64,000 nt of DNA from Vicugna vicugna (lineage: Eukaryota), in the NCBI GenBank assembly GCA_013265495.1, contig MU058213.1:4798854-4862853 (forward strand). Direction: 5' to 3'. Under the pieces are notes generated by a model. It was not told the origin of the DNA, searched no databases, and was given only the letters and a program-made list of their open reading frames with translations. A program made the position numbers and the translations under genes. This document shows, one piece after another, positions 50,852 through 62,766 of the stretch. Position 1 is the first letter of the stretch, and every line of letters starts with the position of its first letter.

Positions 50852-50987
50852 ACTTAAGAAGCTGCCAAGCAAAGTGCTGGATGACATGGATGATGACGAC
50901 GACCTCAGCACGGATGGGGGAAGCCTCTATGAGGCACCACTGAGCTTCGCCTTCCCCAAGGACAGCACCATCGTCAGCCAGATCTGA
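50852..50987 (+). CDS. CGNL1: CGNL1 terminal coding exon, 136 bp including TGA: (R)LKKLPSKVLDDMDDDDDLSTDGGSLYEAPLSFAFPKDSTIVSQI*
   Basis: Acceptor ttgctttgcag| and stop TGA at 50985-50987. The eleven exons sum to 1506 bp, i.e. 501 codons plus stop, with no internal stop. Confidence 0.96.
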
Positions 50988-52737
50988 GCCCACTTCCAGG
51001 GACCCGCCACCACAGGAGGAGGCAGGAAAGGGAGTACCCATGCCCTATCGCCGCCTCTTCACAAACCAGGCGACTCCTCCCCATGACTTTACGTTCCTCC
51101 TAGGATCTGGGTCGGGGTGCAGCCGGGGTAGCTGACCCAGCAGCTGCTGCAGTGCGGTACCGAGACACCTGTGGCCTAGAGCCGCCCCCGCCCACCTGGC
51201 GGGGTGGAGCCCCCTTCTGCCAGCTGTCTGCCAGCACTCCTGCAGTGCCCCCTGGACCCCCGCCCTCCCTTGTCAAGGGCAAGGGCCCACGTGCTAGCCC
51301 CTGTTTAATAGTTGTCATGCAGGGGAGCGGGGTGGCGATGTATACACTGTACATATTTTAAATCAGACCTTCTCCTGGGCGCCTGCTTTTCCAGTTTAGA
51401 ATGTTACAGAGGCTTCGTCGGGTGGCTCGTTTGTAAAGTTCACACATCTCTACTGAGTGTTATTTAAAAAAAAAAAATAGCAGGAATCTACCAGATTGTT
51501 AAGTATTAAGGAGCCGAGGCAGGACGAGGTAGAATAAAGACCACTTTGGACATCAGAGTTGGAAAAAAGGAATTGTCGTGGTGATAAGGGGCAGGTAATC
51601 CTGAGAAGAGAAATTCAAGCTGTCTTGGTAAATGCCTTGTTGACGGAGGGAAGGAAAGTCAGAGGACACTTGTATCTGTGGCCCTTGGTTGCTATTTTAT
51701 TTAGAATTTTGTTGTAATTTCTGAATCATGCCGAGATCAATTCCAGTCACCCAGTGCAATTTCTTCTATGCTGGTGGGGTAGGGAGACGTGTAAGTAAAG
51801 TTTTTGACAAATGATGTGGTTCCTTGGGAGGATGGAGCCTTCCGGTCGTGTCTTATTAGTGCTTTCCTCCCACCTCCTGGAGCGGCAGGCTGCGCTCTCT
51901 TGGCCCCTGGACGGGGTGCTCACTGGGTGGGGACTTGTCGGGGGAGGTTGGGGACAAGGCTCACATACTTGGGCTTGAGGAAGAGGTGAGTGATGTGCAG
52001 TGAGGTCGTGGGGATGGGGAGAAGGGGTGATGAGCAGCTGTGTGTGGCGTGGGTAGGAAGGAGGCGGAAGGAGAAGAAGTTCTTGAAAGCTGGAGGGATG
52101 TGTGGCAAGAGGCAGATTGAGCAGGATCTCAGGTTTATGTGAGGAAAAGGAGGAAAAGAAACCAAAGTCAGACAGAGACATATCTGTGCAAACTGGAAGA
52201 ATCCTTCCAACTTCCTAGGTCGGAGGGACAGTGGCCGGCACCAGGCAGAAGGAAGCTGGGACTGGGTGAGGTCTAGGCAAGGCCATGTTGCCGAAATGGA
52301 GTTCCATGGAGTCATTGGGACGATGAGGGGTGGCCTGGCACTTCCTGGTGTCACCTCCTCTGTGGCAGTCCCCAGAGGCCAGGCCCAGTCACAGCTGGCC
52401 AGGGCGTAGGGCAGGCAGCTCAGTGGGGCCATGGCCAGGAGAGAACCCTGTGAGTCGTGTGCATGGGCGGGGGTGGAGGTAAGTGTTCTGTGTCCCCACG
52501 CAGCCTGGTAGATGAGTGGCCCATGACTCAAGAGCTCCATGACTGACGGTTGCCACAGGGAGCACCTGCCTCCCCCAGGCCACAGAGCCCACCCAGCAGG
52601 ATTCAGGGTGATCAGCCCCATTTAAGGGTGAGGCCCCCAGAGCAGAAGAGCCAAGTCCTCCTCCGCCTTTGCTGGGTGGCATGCTGCTTGCCTTTGCTTA
52701 CTTTCTTGGAGTGAGGAGAGATCCCTCCCTTTAGCCA

Positions 52738-52845
52738 TGCATTCATTGAGCAGGTATTTCCTGAGGACTCACGACATCCCGGTCCTTGGCACTGGGAACA
52801 CAGCAGTGAATATAATGGCTCAAAATCCCTCCCTTCCTGGAGCGC
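52738..52845 (-). mobile_element. LINE-2 3' end fragment within the CGNL1 3' UTR
   Basis: gcattcattgagcaggtatttcctgagg...ggcactgggaacacagcagtgaa...ccctcccttcctggagc is an antisense L2 terminus. Confidence 0.65.
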
Positions 52846-53612
52846 CATCAGGGGTAAGAGGGTGACTGACAACAGTCACACACACGGACATAGAGGCTGA
52901 GCCCCTCTGTCTTCTTGGGGACGCAGCTAGCCTGAGGTTGGCTGACTGGCTCTGGGGTTCTTCGACCCTCGTGTGTTCTTGAGTTCCCCACTGCTTCTCC
53001 CACCATTAGATATTTGCCAGGAGGCCTGCTAGCAAGGCCTCCACCTGCGTACAACTACAGATTGGAGATGGGGAGGACTAGGGGCCTGAGAACTTGGGGA
53101 GCAAGTCAGCATCTGTGTTGGTTTGTGAGAAAGTTGCTGCTTCTCGTTCTGGCCAATTGCTTCTGGAGCCACGAGACAGCCTGCAAGAAACCAACTGCCT
53201 GTGAAAAGAGAACAGAGCTCACCATTCAGAAGACCTGCATCCTCACCCTGGAAGTGGTCCGTTCCTGTGTTAACAAACGTGCCCTCCTACGCAGCAGTCG
53301 GACTGGTGGTGAGCCTGACGTGTGCGGTGGAGCAGGGTGGGAGGAACACCGGACTGGGAGTGGAGAGACACAGTTTCAAGTTCTGGCTCATCTTACCCCA
53401 GTGGCCTTGACAGGGTGACCTTGACACGTGAGCTCAGAGTGGCAGATGATGAGGAATGACGGAGGACCAGGACCCACGGTCCTTGCCAGCTTTGACCTGC
53501 TATCATTCTTTGATTTTATTATGTACACATTTTTTTTTTCTGTTTGTTGCTTAAAGAACTAATCCTACTCGAGAATATTTTCTTTAGCTAGCTTAAAAAG
53601 AAAAAAATATTT

Positions 53613-53618
53613 AATAAA
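53613..53618 (+). terminator. Probable main polyadenylation signal (AATAAA)
   Basis: AATAAA in AT-rich context, with upstream UGUA (CFIm element) and U-rich tract, and downstream U/GU-rich sequence (ttgtttttcgtgc near 53673-53685). Confidence 0.7.
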
Positions 53619-56600
53619 CAAGTATATGGCCAAATGCAGTGCTGAGGAGACAATCATCATATAACTTTATAATTGTTTTTCGTGCTTCTGAATGTCATCC
53701 AACAATGCCAATAGCCTTATTCTGTTGGGTTTCTGCTCTTGGATATGGTTTGATGGCCTTGGTTTGTCATGGGCAAGAGACATTCTGAGGCAGCTCCCTC
53801 CATGTAAGTGAACTCATGGAGAAAGCAAGTTTGCCTTTCAATAAATGGTGTCACCCAACAGGAATCTTGACTCCATTATTTCGACTCCCTTGTTTTCTCC
53901 AGAGCTTGTCTGACAAAAAGCAGCCCATGTGAATGGCTGCAAGCTACTTGAGGCAGGGGAACTGGGTGCATTCCAGGCCAGGACAGTGTCTGCAGTGGAA
54001 GGGCGGGGAGAGGGTCGGTGATGAGCTCTAAGAGGATTAATACACTTGGATGGTTGTGATGTTCTGAGAAATCCAAACAGCCCATTTCCAGAAAAGGGCC
54101 AAAGGGGAAGAGTATGGATCACTGAGGACCAGCAGGTGCCTCCTGTTTCTTCCTTGTTCCTGCACTGAAGTGTTCTCCTGCCATCACAGCTGGCACATAA
54201 CCTCACTTGATCTACAGCAGGCTGACAGCAGGTCCCATGATCTCCATGTTGTGTGAAACAAAAGTCGCTTCTCCAGGGAAGGGACCTCCACTGCTCATCC
54301 TCTGTCCTCAGTTCATTCTCTGCTCTGCCCTCTGGAGGCTGCTCCTGCAGGCCCTGGGTTCCCTCCGTGGCTGGTGGCACCTGGTTGGAGTCTGCTGGCA
54401 GGAGCGGGTGGAGGTCAGCATTTCGCTACTGTCACTCCCTGCTTTGTGCGGCATTTCTGGCTGTGGTGCCTGCTGGGGGCTCCCTCCTGACCCACCGGAC
54501 TTGGGTGACCATACCATCTCCTCGTGCCTCCACTTCTAAAGGTGGTTACGGCTGCCTGCTGCCGTTCCTCCCTGGGGAGTTTCCCCAACACCGCCGCCCT
54601 CCAGAGGAGCTCTCCATGAAACCCCGGGGCCACCGCCTTGGCTGCTGCTTCCTGCCCAGTGCTCTGCCCACTGCCGCCTCCCTGCCCCTAGCAATGCCAG
54701 CATCCCGCCCAGCCGGCTGTCCTGCGGCCCCTGACTCCCTTATTCTAACTAACCAGAGCATCTCAAATATAAGTGAGATTTTCTGATTTTAGTCAGTCCT
54801 CAAAACCTTTGCATAAATTGTGTGCTTTTGTTTTTTTTTAAGGTTAGGATTATTGGGGTATAATTTTATCATTTGTGAGTAAAAGATACTCCTTTGGTAC
54901 TAGTTGCTTTCAAAACTACATGTCACTTTCCCCTCGGCCAGCGTCCTCGTGGTGGGAATAGGACATTCTGAGGTTTCCTGTCCCTCAGGCCTGCACGAGG
55001 AGTGTGGATCAGGAGCTCAGAGCCAAGGGGAACATCCTCCCAGGCTGGCAGCTCCTTCCTCCGCATTCTCCACATTCCTTCTTTGAACCTGGGGATAGTT
55101 ACAGTGATCCTGTCTTTGTAGGAAGATAATCTTTCGCCAGAAAGTTTCTTGTTCTAAATTTTCAAATGATAGAGAAAAATGACTCGACAGCCAGTTCCTA
55201 TTAGGAACTTAGCCCCGAATCCAGAAACTTGGAGGGATCAGCAGAACATGGTTCTGCCCTCGGACTTGTGGAACGCACAGTGCTGGAGATCACTGGGGAC
55301 GTTCACATGCAGGACCTGAGGTCCGTTGTCTCCATCTGAAGAGCAAGATTGGAGCCTGTGCCCTAAGCTGGGTTTGTTAGTGCTGGGAAGTGCGCTGGTG
55401 CACTTAACAGATGGGGAACAATGACACCTGTTTGGTGGGGGAATTTGCAAGTTGCCTACTGCGCGGAATCTTCCTTGGTCTCCCAACAGATTGTCGCCTG
55501 CTCCTCCGGGATGAGGGGTGTGATTCTAGATGTGCTGTATGTAAACAAAATTAAACGATTTGATGAGAAAGGCAGAAACTTCGGCAGATGAGGAGTCAGG
55601 CTTGGAGAAGCTGGGTGTTTTGCTGGACGTAGGTCATGTCTGCAGTCAGCAGGCAGCCTGAGAGCACAGCCTGCCACCGTGGGCCAGGCGCAGTGGCAGG
55701 CACAAGGTTCAAGCCACAGCCTAGCACTTATAGGAGCTTAAAGTGTAATTACAAAAGTGGTGACTATTAAACCTAGTGGGAATTAGATAAAAATATTAAG
55801 TCTTTCATTGATCTATGGCAAACCGAATTTGTCTGTTTTCTCTGGGGCTTTGCTAGCTGTCTGTGGACAGGGCCGCCAGTTTCCCCTGGGTTTCCACGTA
55901 TAATTCAGTAGCTAATGTGTGTTGCACCCTGACCTGCCAGGGATTGGGAATTGTTCTAAACCCTCCCCATGTATTGACTCACTTGATCCTTCTGATACCC
56001 CCCAGAGCAGGTGCTGTTGTGACAAGTGAGGTGGCCCAGGCAGAGGGAGTTCGAGCCTTCCCCAGGGCCTGTGGCAGCAGGAGGAAGAGGCAGGATTGGG
56101 GTCTGGGTCTGAAGTTCACGGTCTGCGCCAGGAAGCTCTGCTGCCTCCCACCCACGCCCACCGGCCTGGAGGACGAAGGTCTTCCACAGAATCCTGGGTG
56201 AGGGCCTCCTGATCCTTCCCCTTTCGGCTCTCCCCTTCATTTGTGAGTTTCTGTGCAACTCAGCAGCCTGCTGCCTGCCTCCACTCTGAGGGCTGCAGTC
56301 AAAGGCAGACGGAAATCAAAGCTGACCTCCGAAGCCAGAGACCCGATGGACGGGGCTCGTCGCAGACTTCAGCTGCTCTTCGAACCCAGCTGCCTTTCGG
56401 GTGCCATTTGCTACTGTGATCTTTGACTCTCGTTTGACCATCTGTGTTCCCATAGTGCTGTGCTAACCTGACTTATCTGGGCCTGATCTGGGACGATGGT
56501 TGTCGAGCCTCCCCCCGTCTGACTGTGTGGAAGGCAGTCTCAGGCAACATCAGCAAATCCCCGGGTTTGGGTGAGTCTCAGGGAGCATTTACCTTCCCAG

Positions 56601-58477
56601 CCCCAGACTTCTTTGAGATGAGACCCGTCTTCTGGGATGGTATGTAGCAATAATCTTCATCGTGTCGTGCACCTTTCGTATTAGTCTTATGTTCAAAAGT
56701 GTGCTTGCAACCTGAAATCAGCAGGTTGTCCTCAATGGAATGTTACCGACTGAGGTCACTAGTGAAACCGCGGACTCTGGAGAAGCTCGTTGAAGAACTC
56801 GGGGTAGTTGAGCTGAAGTCTGGAGACCCTGGGCTTGACCAAAGTGGGCTGTCTTCCAGAGGTGGCACGTGGGTTCCAGTAATCTTGGAGCAGTGGTCCC
56901 AGGTAGAGGGGCTGGGCTCCAGATCCCTGCGAGTGGGCAAGGGAGGGAGGAAGTCTGCTGGGCAGAGCTGTCTTTGGGACTGAGAGCTATGTGCAGAGGC
57001 TCCTCTTGAAGGAAAGGGACCCCTCTGCCCAGCCAGTCCCAGGAGAGGTAGGGCTCCAGCTGTGGAAGCCGACTTCCACCTCCTTAATGTGGTGTGTGAG
57101 CCACGTGGGAGTTGTGTGTGCCGTCAGGAGAGGTGGTCGGCCCCTGCCTCCCCATCCACGCATTACACAGTGGGCATCCCTTCCGAACCCTCTCAGGGAT
57201 GTACAAAGACCAGTCCGTTTTGCCCTGTGTATGGGCCCAGTATTTGGGGGCAGTGGGAATGATTCTTTCTTAACATCTAAAATCCCTCAACAGGGTAGAA
57301 GCTGCACTTGGACAAACTCCTGTGGGACTGGAGTCTTCATCTGATTTAACCTGCAGCCTGCAAGGTAGGTGGTGATACCCCCATTCCTGTGTCAGGGAAC
57401 ATGTGCAGAAAGAGAAATCATTTGTCAAAAGTCACCTACCAGTAACTAGTGGGGCTGGGATGTAGTCCTGAGTCTTTTGCTCTTACCAGTCACGGTTTCC
57501 CCACACCTTGACTTTTCCCCCTCACTGCCCCCTCAAAACAGTCACCTGCTGACTCCACTAGCTGAGGACAGTTAGGTACAAGGGCTGGGAGGTTTGTCTG
57601 CAGTCAGAATGCTGGCCTCTGTAGTGCAAGTTTGCACTTGGAACCTGAAGCCTGCCCTCTCCCCACTGCAAGCCCCCTCTCCCCTGCAACCTCCCTCCAG
57701 CCAGCTGCAGGCTGCCAGCCTGGCTAACCTCGTTCCAACCGCCTCTGGCCTGGCGCTCCCAGGACAGGCTTGTTTTCCAGGAAAGGACTCAGAGATTAAG
57801 AGGCCAGGTGTCTGCGGTTAAATGCCCTCCTGCCTTTGAAAGGGCCAGACTGGTAAGCCTGCTAGTCCAGCTCTGTGGTTTGCTTGGTCCGTCCCTGGGG
57901 CAGGCTGCCTCGCCTTTCATCGGATGCCAGGGGTTCCGGGCCTGTCTCTGGGTGTGGATACAGAGCTCTTTGGAGACTGGTGCAGGGCTCCCTGAAGACC
58001 TAGGCAAGGACACAGGATCTGAAAAAGACTGGTGACAGGGTCTCAGTGGGGCTCCTGTCTCCTCCACAAGGGGGCAGTCTGTCCTGGTCCACTTGCCATG
58101 GGGAGACTTCTCCTGGCATTTAGATAATGAGGAACTAGAAAACAGGAAGCTGCCTGCAGCCTCCTGCAACGAGCTAGGTAATCCACAGCTGTGGTCTTCC
58201 CAGCAGTGTGTGTCCCCGATCCACACACAGCTCCCTGAACCAGCTTCATTTTCTAAAGCAAATAACTCACTCCACTACCTCCTTCCCTCATGGCAATTTA
58301 AAAAAAATTGTGTTTCACTGCTGCTGGATTCTAAAATCAAGGTACAGAATGCTCATGGGCTTACTAAATCATGTGTCCTTCCAGTCCAGACCCCGTGGAA
58401 AGGTTAGTTACGTGTGACCAAGATAACAGGTTTGCCCACCCCTGTGATGGGCAGAGGCCAGCAGGCAGGGAGCATCG

Positions 58478-58496
58478 AGCTCCCCCTGCTGGTCGC
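58478..58496 (-). promoter_or_regulatory. Candidate CTCF site
   Basis: Reverse strand GCGACCAGCAGGGGGAGCT; core CCAGCAGGGGGAGC differs from consensus CCASYAGRKGGCRS at one position. Confidence 0.5.
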
Positions 58497-59849
58497 TGCC
58501 TGGTCGTCACATTGGAGGACTGCCATCTGAGTATGTCCAGAGCTGCTTCCCGGATGTTAAGAGGCCAGATGTGGATGGAGTTAGCCCCTTTGACTTTGCT
58601 ACCAACATCAGCAACAAAGATATTTAGGGAGCACCAAATATGGGGAAGACAGAAATAGGCAAGGTAATTCAGCATGGTGTTGGGCCTCTGAGAAGTTTCA
58701 CTCGGAGATCTTTGGTTTGTTTTGTTAAGGAATTTGTGTTCCCACCACCAAGAATTAACAGCAGTTAACATTTGATCATATCTGCTTCGTGTTTTTAAAT
58801 AAAGCAATAAAATATTACAGATAAGGTTGAAGATTTCCCCTTTGTTCCTCACCCCCTGCCTCATTCCTTTTCCTCCTTCCTGCAGGCGTCCACTGCTCAG
58901 AGAATTGGCCAGTTGGATTAGCATCGAGGATATGAGAAGTGGAGGAATGATTGGAGGTGTGGCTTTTAGAAGGAGAGAATTGTTTTAAACAAATACCCTA
59001 CAGGAAGCCAGGACATTTAATAGCTGCCCTAGGGAGAGAGGAGATCTCCAGGAAGCATCCTTGCCTAGTGGCATGATGGCTAAACCACCTTCTGAAGTGA
59101 ACCCAGATCGGGGCAGGGCCTTGGCTTGGCTGAGTTGGGACGTCCAAGTTTCAGTGTCCTGAGCTGAACCTCCCTGCACAGTAGAGAAGAGATCTAGTGC
59201 TGCCCTGAGATGTTCCTTCCTCTTCCTTCCCTGCTGTCCTTTGTCCCTTAAATATGCTGAACGAATCCTGAAGAGTAGTGATCTGAGGGAACGCCTAGTT
59301 ATTTACCTGACTGAGATGTGGCATTTTCAGTTGCCTGTGGTGCTCACATGTCTGGTTCCGGGCTCACAAAGACCAGATTGTCACCAGCTCTCTCCCCTGG
59401 AGAACAAAGAGCACGGCATCTTCTGTCATTGTGGGGAACCACCCAGCTTGGGCCTGGAATTCCCGTTGTTCTTGACTACTGCCTTTGTGGGTCCTCATGC
59501 CTGCAGCCTCCTGGCTCATCCGACGGGTGAGGTGGGACGCTGTGCTCGTCACTGAGGACCAGCTGGGTGCTGGTGGCCATGTTTGTTTTGTTGTATTCCA
59601 TCTGGACCCTTGATGATCAGAACGTGAACTTCATTTGGTAGACTTTAAATTTCAGCATTCCGGGAGGTGGAATCCTTACATCTTGGGAGTAGCTCTTTGA
59701 ACACTTTGGCAGTAGAGCCATGCCTTATGGTGTTTGTTCTAGAAGTGCCTAAAAATAGGATCTCACCTCAGCTTGCCAAGAGGCCTCACTTCTGCTCCTG
59801 CTTGGCGGGTAGAGGGATTGAAAGGCCTCCTTTCATTCCTTACATATTT

Positions 59850-60560
59850 ATTTTTCCATCTAAAATAGAGCAACCATATCACCAAAAACTTGGAAAATAA
59901 CCCCACCAGCCTACTGTAGCCATCATGAGCCTTTCAGCACATCCCCTTCCAGTCTTTCTTTCTATGCGTTTTTTTTTCTAACATAACTACACGGACAGTG
60001 TTTGTGTGAGTTTATATATGCTTTGTTGTCACTTAACTTCTTTAGAATAAGCATGTTTTCTGATAATAGATAATCTTTATCACTTCAAAAAATGCTGCAT
60101 AACAATGTATTGTGTGACTCTCATCAATTAATCACCATCCTGATATTACTGGATATCTAGGAGTCTAAATTTTGCCCTCCTACAATGAATATTTTGTATC
60201 TGTAGTTTCTACCTCCATATATCAGATTATTTGCTTTGACTAGATGACCAGAACTGGAATTATTGGGGTTTTAAGTGAAAAAGAAATCTTTATATCTCTG
60301 TAAATGTTGCCAAATTGCTTTACAGAAGGATTTACTAATCTACACAGATGCCAACAATATACAGATGTGGTGGTGCCTGCAGATCCCCTGTCCCTCAGCT
60401 TGGCTGATTAATCTTTCTTCCTGAGTAATGGAATAACCTCTTTCATCAGGTTAGTCTCCTTTTCTGTTGTCAGTGGGTTTATTTTATAAGATGCTCTTCT
60501 GTGACTTGTCTATTCTTGTCCTTTTAATCATTATCTATTAAGGCTAATGTGTTTTTAAAG
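59850..60560 (-). mobile_element. Very old LINE-1 fragments (L1ME-like)
   Basis: Degenerate antisense L1 motifs (ccagaactggaattattggg; ttgccaaattgctttacagaagg; tcttctgtgacttgtctattcttgtcc). Confidence 0.5.
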
Positions 60561-61645
60561 TAGCATATGCTAAAAAATGCAAGTAATATAACAGAGTAAA
60601 AACAGTGAAAAATAAATCCTGCATCCTTGACCTCAGTCTCTCCAATCTCTACCCAGAGACAGCCACTTTTTCTAATTTATTTTTTTCAAGCCAACTGCTC
60701 AGTGTTTCATCCAGGCTCCAGAATTTTATGTGTCCCACTGGACACATTCACAGAAAGCAACTGGAGGGGATTAATAACAGGTGGTGAGGTGAGCGTGGGC
60801 CCTGGGGACACCCCTCCTCCAGGCTGACCCCTCCCCACATTCCACACAGTAAAGGAGACCTGCCTCTGGACTGCTTACCAGAAGGGTTACATCCAGGACA
60901 GGGACTTATGGGTCACTGAGGTGAGCCTGAAGGAAGGCTGTCAAATTGGATTTTTTTTGTGACTTGTAGTGTCAGTTACATGAGAGCTTCAACATGACAG
61001 GCCAAGGTCTGTCTGAAGAGGCCGAGGCCTTCCCAAGGGAGCCAGGCACCCAAATGCCTGAGCCCGGACATGCCTAAGGCTCAGTGTGCGCAAGCCCCAG
61101 GCCGGGGCCGTGTCAATCCCAGACTACTTTGTGGGCTGTTCTTTCCCATTTGCCTACTCAGGCCTCACTATCTCTTGTCCTCTGTCTTGGTGATCATCTT
61201 CTGCTTCTTGTATATTTTTCTCTGGGGATCTTTGATTTCTTATTCTTTGATTACCCACTGGCTTTCAGGATCTGACCCTCTGCCCCAGCCCCAGTGTCAG
61301 GCCCAAGGGGCGTCTTTCCCCTAGCAGGTGCACATGGTCAGCACCATAAATATAGGGACACTTACTGGGGAGGGCAGCGAGGATGGGGACCACTGGGGCA
61401 AGTGGCCTGGGAAGAGAGGAATTCTAGGGTCGATCCATCTTCCTGAGATGGCAGCAGGAGATTGGGACCAAAGACTCCAAGTCCTGGAGGCAGCATTCCC
61501 AGCCAGGAACGAGTGGGAGCTGCAGCAGTGATTTTCCCAGGGCTCCTGGTCCTCAGGTGGGCTCCTTAAGGGGCTAAGAGGCTGATGGGGTGGAAGGCTT
61601 CGCAGGGCTACCTGCAGTGAGTCCCGAAGTGACTGACCGCTGTGG

Positions 61646-61664
61646 TGCCCAGCAGGGGGAGTTG
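61646..61664 (+). promoter_or_regulatory. Candidate CTCF site
   Basis: TGCCCAGCAGGGGGAGTTG; core CCAGCAGGGGGAGT is close to the CTCF consensus. Confidence 0.4.
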
Positions 61665-62619
61665 GTGGCTCCTTCTATTCTGGCTCCGAGGAGGTGGATT
61701 AGTGGCGGCTGGGTATCCAGGGCCCTGCCGACCAGTGGTGGAGCCCCAAAGGATAATAGTAAGGTCTGTCTTCCCAGCCTAGCCCAGGGTCATTTGGGGC
61801 TCCTTAGTTACCTTTAGGTTGCAATGTTTACCTCGCACTGATTTCAGTTCCAGCATTTGTTGTGAGCTGCTGTTTTGTGAGAGACCAAAGTTACTCATTT
61901 ACACTTTTCAAAGACCGTTTGCTGTTCACCTGCTGTGCACTGGCCTATGTTGAGATAAGCTGGATTCAGTCCCTGGACTTAAAGAAATAAAAAATGTCCA
62001 CTAAGAACTAAAAAGCAAGGGGCGGAGTGTCAAGCAGTAAAAGAGAGAGATAAATGAAGTGTGATGGTGGTTCATGATGGGAAAGATTGTTATTGGCTAG
62101 GTTACTCAGGGAAGACTTCATGGAGGAAGTGGTGTTTGAGAGGGCCTTAAAAACTGGTACAATATTTTAGGACTTTCTATTATGAAATTTTAATCTTAAC
62201 AGATAAGTATGTCTTTGGTGGATAGAACAGAGTGAACACATGGATGCAGGTAGGATTCAGAGAATCAGCCAGTTCATTAGAGTCTAGGATAAATGAAATG
62301 GAGGAGTGACTGGAAGTGAGGCTGGAAAACAGGTTTGGGATCGTGTTTTTGGACGACTTTGAATGCCACTCGCAGAAACAAGAAAGCCATGGATGTTTAT
62401 AAACTGGGGATTCTGGATAAAAAGCAAAGGAGCTGAATTTTATGTCTCCTTGCCCTTTCTGAGAAGGAGATGAATGCTTTTTAAAAAGTGGGTGGTGAAC
62501 TTTAGTTCTTAGAAAACCTATGACATTGATCATCAATGGGAGACTTAGCTACTCCCAACTGAGAAATCTGATTATCCGTTTCATACATCTCAAGGTGCAA
62601 ATCACTACTTACTCTAGAC

Positions 62620-62766
62620 CAGGGCTTCTCAAACTCGAGTGTGCATCAGAAGCACCTGGAGGGCTTAGTGAAACATAGACTGCTGGCCTCGCTCCCAGAA
62701 TTTCCAGGACAGCAAAAAATTTGATGCTGAATACCGCTGGTCCCGGGACGACACTGAGAACCTCTG
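62620..62766. mobile_element. MER5A MITE with internal deletion
   Basis: cagggcttctcaaactcgagtgtgcatcagaagcacctggagggctt...ctggtcccgggacgacactgagaacctctg with inverted termini. Confidence 0.8.

Larger units (their letters stand above)
50988..53640 (+). other. CGNL1: CGNL1 3' UTR (3' end approximate)
   Basis: Follows the stop codon and ends in an AT-rich block with TGTA (53522), a T run and AATAAA (53613). Confidence 0.7.

Noticed and set aside
50427..51041. 204-aa antisense ORF overlapping the last coding exon
   Set aside because: GC-rich antisense frame with no homology cues or independent gene structure.
51920..52621. 233-aa minus-strand ORF (longest in the track)
   Set aside because: Lies antisense in the CGNL1 3' UTR, with low-complexity P/S/H/L composition and no recognisable domain.
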